64,000 nt of DNA, taken from positions 32,779-96,778 of the forward strand of contig CALUUX010000036.1 of the NCBI GenBank assembly GCA_944324085.1, read 5' to 3'. Below are positions 37,521-45,774 of the stretch, piece after piece. The notes under the pieces were generated by a model. The model was not told where the DNA came from. It worked only from the letters and a program-made list of their open reading frames with translations, and did not search any database. A program made the position numbers and the translations under genes. Origin of the DNA: an uncultured Mailhella sp. GTDB lineage: Bacteria; Desulfobacterota; Desulfovibrionia; Desulfovibrionales; Desulfovibrionaceae. The first letter of the stretch is position 1. The number at the start of each line of letters is the position of its first letter.

Positions 37521-40500
37521 TCAACCCTTGTTGGTCATGCTGACGCCGGGCCCTGAAAGCGCGCTTTTGCCGTTGCCCGTGGGCGAGACCTGAATCTGAA
37601 CGTTCACGCGGTCTCGAACGGCCTGGATATGGGAAATGACGCCTATGGTTTTTCCCTTCCGGCGCAGACTGGCCAGCATGTCCAGCGCGACGCCCAGCGA
37701 TTCCTCGTCCAGCGTGCCGAATCCTTCGTCAAGGAACACGGAGTCCACGCGCGCGGTTCGTCCCGCCATTTGCGCCAGTCCCAGAGCGAGCGCGAGGCTG
37801 ACAAGAAAGCTTTCGCCTCCGGACAGGTTTCGGGAGGAGCGTACGGCGTCGGCCTGATAACGGTCGATGACGTTGAGCGTCAGAGCCTCATCTTGGTCTG
37901 GCGTCAGCAGATACCGGTCGGTCATGAAGGAAAGCTGACGGTTCGCCATGATGATCAGACGCCGGAACGTCAGCTCCTGCGCGTAGTTTCGGAACTTCTT
38001 TCCGTCGGCGGAGCCTATGAGATCATTCAGCGCGGCCCAGCGGCGGCAGACGGCGGCCTGCGCTTCACGCTGCGTTCTGAGCTGTGCGGTGCGTTCCTTT
38101 TTATTGTGGTTGAGAGACAGGCGTTCCTGAATGCCGCCGAGCCGTTGCAGCGCGGCTTCGCGAGCCGTTCCGGTTTCAGCCAGCGCGCGTTCGGTCTCTT
38201 CCCGGGAAGGAAGCGGGGTCGTTTGATTCTGCGCTTTGCGTTGAAGTTCATTCTCGCGATCGTCCAGGCGAACCTTTCGTTCGGCCAGCGTTTTTTCGAT
38301 CATGGAAAGTTCGTCCAGACGATCTTTGCGAAGCAGCGCGTTGCGGCAGTCTTCTTCCCGCTCGAAGCCTTCGGCGTTGAGACGTTCCCGCATGCTCGCT
38401 TCCGTATCCCGCAGCGTTGCGGCCCGTTGCGTCATCCGTTCGGTAAGCGCGGCGGACGCGCTTTTGTTTTCCGCAAGAGAGCGTGAGACCCGTTCCAGCG
38501 CGTCGCGTCGCAGGTTCGCCGTTTCTTCCATCTGGCGCAGGTTCCGGTCGGCGGTCTGTTCTTCTTCGTCCGCGCTGCGCGAACCGAAAAGCTCCTTTCG
38601 CGCCTTTTCCAGCGCGGAAAGCTCTGCCGAACGCGCCTTGAGGCTTTCGTTGGCGCCTTCCCATTCACGGCGTGCGGTCCGCGCCGCTTCTTCTTCCACG
38701 GCGAGCCGTTTCTGACATTCGGCCAGCGCGTCGCGCAGCGTCGTTTCCCGCTCCAGAAGGGCGGCGAGACGATTTCGGCGCGCTATCAGGGAGGTCAGCG
38801 AGGCGCGGAGCTCGGAGACGTCGTTTCCTCCGGCGTTGAACGGTCGCATCAGCGTGTTGAGCTCGTCAAGATCTACCTTCGCCTGGCGTTTCTTTTCCGA
38901 GATCTCTTTGCAGAGCGATGAGGTTTCCGCCTGAATTTCGAGGGCGTTCGCCTCGGCGGCCCGGACTTCGTTTTGCGCCGCGTCGCATTGGTGTTGCAGA
39001 GCTTCCGTCTTTTCTCTCAGCGCGCGTTCCGTGTTTTCCAAGGCTTCGACGCGTTGGAGCAAGGCGTCGGTTTCCGCAAGCCGCGTGGAACGTTCCTGAA
39101 GGAGCGTCGTCAGCAACGGTTCGAGATCGGGCGCGCTTTCGGTAAGCGTCATGGCCGAGAGCAGGCCGTTTTCCCACGGTTCGAGAGCGGGAACGGGAGT
39201 CGTGCCCGCCGCACCGTCAAGCGCGGCCCGGAGCGTGGGGGAAAGCGCGGCCACGTCGCGCCTCAGCAAGCGCGTTTTTTCCTGAAGCGCACGTTCGTTT
39301 TCTTCCTTCTCGTCGTCGGCGTGCGAGGCGTCGCGTCTGTGCCCGGCAAGCTCGATGGTCAATCGTTCCGTGAGACGTTCCAGGGTCGAGAGTTCGCTCT
39401 TTGCGTTTTCGGGAGCGACGGCCTCCGGTTCTCTCTCCGCGAAGGGATGGAGCAAGGAGCCGCATAACGGACAGGGAACGCCGTCACGCAGGTTCTTTCT
39501 TTCTTCTTCGTACGAACGGATGGTTTCCTGAAGCGATATTTTTTCTTTCAGAAAGGAGAGCTTTTCTTGGGACAGGCGCAGTTCTTCCTCTTCGCGTCGC
39601 AGAACGTCATCCAACGCGCGTCTCTCGTTCGCGAGGCGTTTGATGCGAGTGAAAAGGGAAGCGCGATCCTTCGCGGCGTCGCGAGCTTTTTCCAGAGCTG
39701 ACGCGCTGGAGGCCAGCGCGTCACGAAGGGCGCGTTTGGCGGAAACGTTCTCTCCGTCGAGCAGCGTCAGCGCGTTCCGACGGGTCGCGAGGGCTCGTTC
39801 CCGCGCTTCGTCGCGCTGTTGCGTCAATTGGTCGGCGGCGTTTTTGAGCGCGTCGAGCGCGGATCTCTGATCGAGCGATTGTCGTTCGAGTTCCGACAGT
39901 CTCGCCTCGGCGGAGATGAGCGCGTCGTTTTCCTCTTCCAGACGGGAGAGGCGCGTTTCCATGGCCCCTATGACGTCGGTCAGCGCGGCGTCTCCGGCGA
40001 TACGCGCTTTGTCCGTGAGCAGAAGGGCGAGATCGTTTTCCGCCCGACGTCGTTCCCGATCGGTGTTGTCCCGAGTTTTTTGGCGCCGATCCACTATGGC
40101 GAGACGCGTTTCCAGTTCCCGGACGAGAGCGTCCGTTTCACGTCGTCTCGCGCTGATGTCGGCGTCCATGCCCCGAACGCGTTTCCACAGCGAACGGTCG
40201 CGTTCCACGCGCGTTTTAGCTTCGTTCCACGTTTTTTTCGCTTCAGATAGGGCAGTCGTTGCCTCTCGCTCTTCCTTTTCAAGAACGGGCAGTCGTTCCG
40301 CGAGCGTCGCCATGCTTTCTTTGTCCCGTCGGAGTTCGTCCCGTCTTGCGGTGGCCGCTTCCAAAAGGTCGACCAGACCGGACGCCCGCCGGGCCAGCTC
40401 CAGACGTCGCTTGTCCGGCGCGAAGGTCTCTTCGTCGCGGCGCAGCGTTTCGCGTTCCTCGACAAGAGCTTTCCTATCTCGTTCCAGAGCCTCGGCCGTT

Positions 40501-41246
40501 TTCAGGCGCGCAAGGTCGTCGCGCAGAGCCCGCTCGCGAGCGGCCCATGTTTCCGCTTCGGCCAGCGTTTCGTTTTTTTCGTCGGCGAGACGTTGCTCCT
40601 CTTCCGGGGAAAGCGCGTTCAGCGCGGCAAGTTCGTTGTCCAGCGCGTCCAATCGCGCCTGTTCCGCCCGGTTGCGTTCATGGGTTTTGATGGAAATGTC
40701 CGAATACACGGCCGTGCCCGTGATCTGCTCCAGCAGAGGGGCGCGCTCGTCGCCGTCGGCCAGCAGGAAGGACGCGAAACGTCCCTGCGCCAGCAGCATG
40801 GCCTGGGTAAAACGCTGGAAATCCATGCCGGTGAGCGCCGTGACCTGGTCCACCACTTCCGTGGTCTTTTCCGCCAGAGAGCGACCTTCGCTGTCGTATA
40901 ATCTGTGTTTCGGCTGCTGTAGCTTGCCGGACGTTTTTTTGCCGGCTCTGTTCTGACTCCAGGAACAGAGAAATTCGCCGCTTGCCGTGCGGAAACGCGT
41001 TTCCGCCAGACATTCCGCCGTTTGGCGCGACATGATTTCGTTGCTGTTTTTCGTGATTTTGTCGAGTCTCGGCGTGCGGCCGTAAAGCGCAAGGCAGATG
41101 GCGTCCAGGATGGTGCTTTTGCCCGCTCCGGTGGGGCCGGTAATGGCGAATATGCCGTCCGCTTCATATTCCGGCCCGTCAAGACGTATGGTCCAGTCGC
41201 CGGCGAGCGAATTGAGATTGCGGATGCGGACGCTCAGAATGCGCAT
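37521..41246 (-). CDS. sbcC: SbcC (Rad50-like) ATPase subunit of the SbcCD nuclease
   Basis: Walker A GPTGAGKS, Q-loop LLAQG, coiled coil with CPLCG zinc hook, LSGGE, Walker B FLDEGFGTLD. Confidence 0.95.
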   Translation of the reverse strand: MRILSVRIRNLNSLAGDWTIRLDGPEYEADGIFAITGPTGAGKSTILDAICLALYGRTPRLDKITKNSNEIMSRQTAECLAETRFRTASGEFLCSWSQNRAGKKTSGKLQQPKHRLYDSEGRSLAEKTTEVVDQVTALTGMDFQRFTQAMLLAQGRFASFLLADGDERAPLLEQITGTAVYSDISIKTHERNRAEQARLDALDNELAALNALSPEEEQRLADEKNETLAEAETWAARERALRDDLARLKTAEALERDRKALVEERETLRRDEETFAPDKRRLELARRASGLVDLLEAATARRDELRRDKESMATLAERLPVLEKEEREATTALSEAKKTWNEAKTRVERDRSLWKRVRGMDADISARRRETDALVRELETRLAIVDRRQKTRDNTDRERRRAENDLALLLTDKARIAGDAALTDVIGAMETRLSRLEEENDALISAEARLSELERQSLDQRSALDALKNAADQLTQQRDEARERALATRRNALTLLDGENVSAKRALRDALASSASALEKARDAAKDRASLFTRIKRLANERRALDDVLRREEEELRLSQEKLSFLKEKISLQETIRSYEEERKNLRDGVPCPLCGSLLHPFAEREPEAVAPENAKSELSTLERLTERLTIELAGHRRDASHADDEKEENERALQEKTRLLRRDVAALSPTLRAALDGAAGTTPVPALEPWENGLLSAMTLTESAPDLEPLLTTLLQERSTRLAETDALLQRVEALENTERALREKTEALQHQCDAAQNEVRAAEANALEIQAETSSLCKEISEKKRQAKVDLDELNTLMRPFNAGGNDVSELRASLTSLIARRNRLAALLERETTLRDALAECQKRLAVEEEAARTARREWEGANESLKARSAELSALEKARKELFGSRSADEEEQTADRNLRQMEETANLRRDALERVSRSLAENKSASAALTERMTQRAATLRDTEASMRERLNAEGFEREEDCRNALLRKDRLDELSMIEKTLAERKVRLDDRENELQRKAQNQTTPLPSREETERALAETGTAREAALQRLGGIQERLSLNHNKKERTAQLRTQREAQAAVCRRWAALNDLIGSADGKKFRNYAQELTFRRLIIMANRQLSFMTDRYLLTPDQDEALTLNVIDRYQADAVRSSRNLSGGESFLVSLALALGLAQMAGRTARVDSVFLDEGFGTLDEESLGVALDMLASLRRKGKTIGVISHIQAVRDRVNVQIQVSPTGNGKSALSGPGVSMTNKG

Positions 41247-42484
41247 GCGTGATCCTCCTCGTCGTCATCGCGCAGCGCGGCGGCCACGCTTTCCCGAAAT
41301 GTGGCGCGCAGGATCGCCAGTTTCGGATCGTCGGGATCGCTTTCCGGAAAGGCGTCCCGGAGACGTCGTTCAAAGACTTCTTCCACGCTGAGTTCTTCCA
41401 GATGCTCTTCTTCCGGATCGGCGTTCATGCCTTCGGTCAGAGAGCGGACGTTGCGTATGCGGAGAACTTCCAGACCTCCTTGAACGCGAGCTTCCACGCG
41501 CTCGCGCAGATCGGCGACGCGATCCTGACCGGTATGGACGACTTCCGCCCACACGCTTTCCCCGCTGGCGGCGAGTTCGTCAAGACGGCGTTCCACGGCG
41601 TCGATGTTGCCCTCCACGCGTTCCAGACGCTGGAAGGAAGGGACGCTCAGCCCGCGGGAGAGCACCCGGGAACCTTCCGTCGAGAGCAGGCGCACCTCGC
41701 GAGGCAGGCCCGCTTCGTCGAAGCCCATGGGAAGAGGAGAGCCGGAATATCGTATGCGCTCTTCGCCGTGAACTTTCTGCGCTCTGTGCAGGTGACCGAG
41801 GGCCACGTAGGCGAAGGTTGCGGGAAAAACATCCGCGTCCACCTGTCCGAGAGAGCCCACGCGGAGATCGCGCACGCCGTCATCTCCGCCGGTCATTCCT
41901 CCCGCCGCAAAAAGATGTCCCATGGCCAGCACAGGCAGATCGAGCCCTTTGCGCAGACGTTCCGCCTCCAGCGCGGCGCGGCGATAGTGTTCTCGCATGC
42001 CCTCGAGCATGCGTCTGTCCCGGTCGTCCATGTCGTCTCCGTCTCCGGCGCGGTAGAGATCTCTGTCCCTCAAGAAGGGCACAGCGCACACGATAAGTTC
42101 CGGTTGACCGTTAGGATCCCGAAGCAGCAGGGTTTCGTTTTCCGGCTCGCGCGCCTTGCCTATGACATGAATGTGCATGGAGGAGAGGAGCGTTCCTGGC
42201 GCGTCGAGAAAGGAGGGGGAATCATGATTGCCCGCGATGATCACGACATGGCGGCACGGCCCTGAGGGCAGCGTCGTCTGGCGCAGAAAGTCGTAATACA
42301 GCGATTGCGCGGCATTGCCTGGAAGCGCGCTGTCAAAAATGTCGCCGGAAAGAAGCAGTGCGTCGACCCTTTCTCGGCGCATGGCGTCAAGCAGCCAGGA
42401 GAGAAAGGCGCGAAACTCTTCGTGTCGACGCTTGCCGCAGAGGCTGTGTCCCAGATGCCAGTCGGAGGTATGGAGTATGATCAT
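41234..42484 (-). CDS. sbcD: SbcD (Mre11-like) nuclease subunit
   Basis: LHTSDWHLG, SGDIFD, AGNHDS, MGHLF, ALGHLH, RYSGSP. Confidence 0.95.
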   Translation of the reverse strand: MIILHTSDWHLGHSLCGKRRHEEFRAFLSWLLDAMRRERVDALLLSGDIFDSALPGNAAQSLYYDFLRQTTLPSGPCRHVVIIAGNHDSPSFLDAPGTLLSSMHIHVIGKAREPENETLLLRDPNGQPELIVCAVPFLRDRDLYRAGDGDDMDDRDRRMLEGMREHYRRAALEAERLRKGLDLPVLAMGHLFAAGGMTGGDDGVRDLRVGSLGQVDADVFPATFAYVALGHLHRAQKVHGEERIRYSGSPLPMGFDEAGLPREVRLLSTEGSRVLSRGLSVPSFQRLERVEGNIDAVERRLDELAASGESVWAEVVHTGQDRVADLRERVEARVQGGLEVLRIRNVRSLTEGMNADPEEEHLEELSVEEVFERRLRDAFPESDPDDPKLAILRATFRESVAAALRDDDEEDHACAF

Positions 42485-42944
42485 TCGCGGTCCTGTGTCA
42501 TGAAGTGGCGGCGTCCGCCGCAAAGAAGCCTTGACGCGGATCGCGCCGCACAACGCGAAAACGGCGTCAGGCGCATCGTTCCGTCACGAAGCGGCGATCG
42601 CGACGCATGAAGGCGCAAAGAGCAAGCGTCTTGTGGGATGTTTTCAGCTGTCTGAAAAGACGGGCTTGCCTCGGAAACGTCATGTCTGGCGGAAAAGATC
42701 GCGTGTTGGATATATCATGAGCCGGACGCGTCGTCATCTGAAAAGAAGGAGCGCCGCGCGGAGAGCGGCAAAGGAAAACGTCTTTATCGAAAAGGAGAGG
42801 AAGAAATACTTCGAGGGAGGAGAGCGGCCTGTTTCTGAAGAGTCGCGGCGTGTAGGAAGGCGGGAAGTGGGGCGATAAGACGATGGGCGACGAATGTCTT
42901 GGAAAATATGTTTCGAATGAAAGTCTCGATCGTGACGTTAATAT

Positions 42945-42975
42945 AAAAAAGCGGGAACTCCGAAGAAGCTCCCGC
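42945..42975 (-). terminator. Terminator closing the small-protein transcript
   Basis: On the minus strand, gcgggagcttc-ttc-ggagttcccgc followed by T6. Confidence 0.8.
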
Positions 42976-43014
42976 AAGCGAACGTGTTGATCCTGCTGAA
43001 CGCAGGTAAGAGAT

Positions 43015-43107
43015 TTACTTATAAGCCTTGGCGGCAAAAAGACCGAGGCAAACGACGACAGCCATAAGAACGGCGCAGATAGTGAGCACCAGACTTCCGA
43101 GTTCCAT
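43015..43107 (-). CDS. Small single-TM protein, 30 aa (not in the ORF track)
   Basis: MELGSLVLTICAVLMAVVVCLGLFAAKAYK*; perfect SD AAGGAGG 7 nt upstream (43115-43121); extended -10 TGcTATGTT at 43220-43228; own terminator. Confidence 0.75.
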   Translation of the reverse strand: MELGSLVLTICAVLMAVVVCLGLFAAKAYK

Positions 43108-43260
43108 ACAAAATCCTCCTTTATGTGATGGAAAACAACATTGCTCTCACGCGCGTTACGGGTATCGTTTATCACGAACAACAATATCATGCTCGTCGAT
43201 ACCTTTCTTGTTTTTTTAGAACATAGCAGGAGCAAGCGTTAAAAACAACTAATTTTTGAG

Positions 43261-43500
43261 ATATTTTTTTATTACTTTGGCTTATTTTTATAAATTCTAT
43301 TATTTTTTATAAATGTATAAACTTTGTTATAAATAAATGATATAAAAATTTTTATTTATATAAAAATATTATATGATATAAAAGTGATAATAATTTTTGA
43401 TGTATTATATTTATATATATAAAAATATATTATGATTAAATATTTTTTCTCTACTGAAAAATTAAATTAAATAATTTTTAATAAAATATATAATTTTATA
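43261..43500. other. Extremely AT-rich non-coding tract
   Basis: Hand count of 19 G+C in 240 nt (about 8% GC), flanked by GC-rich sequence. Confidence 0.95.
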
Positions 43501-43936
43501 ATATCATGGATAAAAATTATGTCTTAATTGTCACAAAATTTATGTAAGTGAGATTTTGAGTCCAAGAAAATGAAGATCGATTTGCGAAGGACGCGAGCAT
43601 AGGGGAGAAAAAACGCGAGTCAAGGAAGGCGTAGAGCGAGAAGCGGGACAAGCGTAACGTAAGAGCCGAAGTCGCGGTTTCCCTGAAAAGCAATGATGGA
43701 TGATGTTTCGCCGCGTCGGAGACTTGAGCGGATCTCTCATGTTCTTCTTTGTAAGATTTTGACGCGAAAATTCCGGGGCTTGCCATGCGCCGACAATAGG
43801 GTATCTTCTCCAGAAGGCGCAGGCCTTTTGCGGGCAGGGTCGGAGGGATCCGACCGAGTTTGGCGCGTTGTCCCGCCCCTTTGGCGGGGCTGTTCATACA
43901 AAGCGCATTTTCTGCGGAAGAAAACGGGAGTCATAC

Positions 43937-44983
43937 ATGGACGAGTTCCGCGTGCCCGATACCGGGCTTCATATTCTTATTCTCGGCTGCATGAGTTCGG
44001 GTAAATCCACGGTGCTCAATGCGCTTTTGGGCAGGGGCGTTTTTCCAGCCGGAAATAGAGCTACCACGGCGCAGGTATTTCGCATCATACACGATCCGTG
44101 GTGTAAGGAAAACGTATGCCGCAATCCTTCAGAAAGCGAGGATTGGCATCCGCTTACGCTGGAACGGCTCGCCTCGTACAACGGCTCCATGCGTGAGAAC
44201 GTTCCGGCCGATATCCGCCTCTGTCTGCCTCATCTGGAAAAGAAAAGAACCATCGTTTTCTACGATACGCCCGGCCCCAACACCAGCAAGCATGACGAAC
44301 ACCGCGGCGAAACGTATTTCGCGCTGGAGAAACTGCCGCTTACGCATATCTTTCTTGTGCTCGACATGGCGCAGCTGCATACGCGCGACGAAGAGGCTCT
44401 GCTTCAGGATATGGGCCGAGTGGCCGCGTTGCGAGGCGGCGTGCCCGTACTGGCGATCATCAACAAGGCCGACGTCATTGATGTGGAAAAGGAATCCGTG
44501 GCCGACATCGTGAAGGACGTGCGCGACACCGTGGCCCAGCATCTGCCCGAGGGGGCGAATGTGGACGTGATTCCGGTCATGGCCAAGGGCGCGGAAGTAT
44601 GGCGGCGCATGATAGATCGAGATCCGCTTACGGTGTTCGAGGTGGAGTTCGGTCAGTACATCGACTGGCGTTTGTGCGAAGCCATGCGCGACGCTTCCGT
44701 CATGCCCGAGGAGATACGCGTCAGCGTGGCGGAACAGATGGAGGAATGGCGCAGACTCCAGAAGTTTTCGCAGGCGTTCCGCTCCTCGCTGGAATATTTG
44801 GCCAGACGGGTGCATCCGGAAGCGGAACTTATCAATAAGAACGTGAGCAAGATTCTCGATTACGCCGATTGTCGTCGAGCCATTACCGGGTCGGGCATGG
44901 TCGCCCTTGAGGAGTACATCGATCGGCTCACCGTCAACCGCTATGCCGTCCCTCTGCGGGATGACTTAAAAGAAAGAGCCTGA
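43937..44983 (+). CDS. Bacterial dynamin-like GTPase (CrfC/RdcA-like)
   Basis: G1 GCMSSGKSTVLNALLG, G2 NRATT, G3 DTPGPN, G4 INKAD; SD GGAG. Confidence 0.8.
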   Translation: MDEFRVPDTGLHILILGCMSSGKSTVLNALLGRGVFPAGNRATTAQVFRIIHDPWCKENVCRNPSESEDWHPLTLERLASYNGSMRENVPADIRLCLPHLEKKRTIVFYDTPGPNTSKHDEHRGETYFALEKLPLTHIFLVLDMAQLHTRDEEALLQDMGRVAALRGGVPVLAIINKADVIDVEKESVADIVKDVRDTVAQHLPEGANVDVIPVMAKGAEVWRRMIDRDPLTVFEVEFGQYIDWRLCEAMRDASVMPEEIRVSVAEQMEEWRRLQKFSQAFRSSLEYLARRVHPEAELINKNVSKILDYADCRRAITGSGMVALEEYIDRLTVNRYAVPLRDDLKERA

Positions 44984-44984
44984 C

Positions 44985-45572
44985 ATGAGAAAAAGCGCGA
45001 TCAGCAGAGAAGAGGCCCTGGAGCTTTTGAAATCCTACAACAGCGAACCGTTTCACAGACTGCACGCCCTTACGGTGGAAGGCGTGATGCGTTGGTTCGC
45101 TCGGGAACGCGGCTTTGCCGACGAGGAAGAGTTCTGGGGACTGACGGGGCTTTTGCACGATATTGATTTTGAACGCTACCCTGAACAGCACTGTCTCAAG
45201 GCTCCGGAACTTTTGCGGGCCGGCGGCGTTGGCGAAGACATGATTCACGCCGTGTGCAGCCATGGCTACGGCCTGTGCTGCGATGTGGAGCCCGAACACG
45301 AGATGGAGAAGGTTCTTTTTGCCGTGGATGAACTCACGGGACTTGTGGGCGCGGCCGCGCGCATGCGACCTTCGGGAAGCGTGGCGGACATGGAAGTGTC
45401 CAGTCTGAAAAAGAAGTTTAAGGACAAGCGTTTCGCTGCGGGATGTTCGCGCGACGTCATCAAGTCCGGGGCGGAACGCCTGGGGTGGACGTTGGATGAG
45501 CTTTTCGCGCGCACTCTTGACGCCATGCGATCTTGTGAAGAGAGTGTGAAGGCGGAAATGACCCGCATGTAA
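44985..45572 (+). CDS. HDIG-type HD-domain hydrolase
   Basis: HALTVE...GLLHDIDFE...HC...AVCSHG...LFAVDELTG. Confidence 0.85.
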   Translation: MRKSAISREEALELLKSYNSEPFHRLHALTVEGVMRWFARERGFADEEEFWGLTGLLHDIDFERYPEQHCLKAPELLRAGGVGEDMIHAVCSHGYGLCCDVEPEHEMEKVLFAVDELTGLVGAAARMRPSGSVADMEVSSLKKKFKDKRFAAGCSRDVIKSGAERLGWTLDELFARTLDAMRSCEESVKAEMTRM

Positions 45573-45602
45573 CGCGCTGATGCTTTTGTTTTCTTCCAAG
45601 AA

Positions 45603-45637
45603 GAGGCGCGCCGTTCGCAACAGGAACGGCGCGCCTC
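45603..45637. terminator. Hairpin between the convergent HD-hydrolase and uvrA-like genes
   Basis: Perfect 14-bp stem gaggcgcgccgttc/gaacggcgcgcctc; short U-tracts. Confidence 0.6.
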
Positions 45638-45774
45638 ATGCTTCTTCGTGGGACGCGTCTGCGGAAAAACGCGGGGGGCTTGCTGGTATAAACCTGTCAC
45701 GTTTTGACGATTCGAGGAAAAAGCTCTTTGCTCGGCAACTGTTTTTTCGACTCTGAAACGTCCTGGGAATCTTG

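Noticed and set aside
43419-43441. dif-like word (tatattatgattaaat) in the AT tract
   Set aside because: The XerD-like arm has an extra base, the spacer is 7 rather than 6 nt and there is no XerC arm; expected by chance at 92% AT.
43830-43890. Hairpins upstream of the dynamin-like gene (ggtcgga/tccgacc and neighbours)
   Set aside because: Short GC-rich stems with no recognisable riboswitch consensus or terminator; common by chance.
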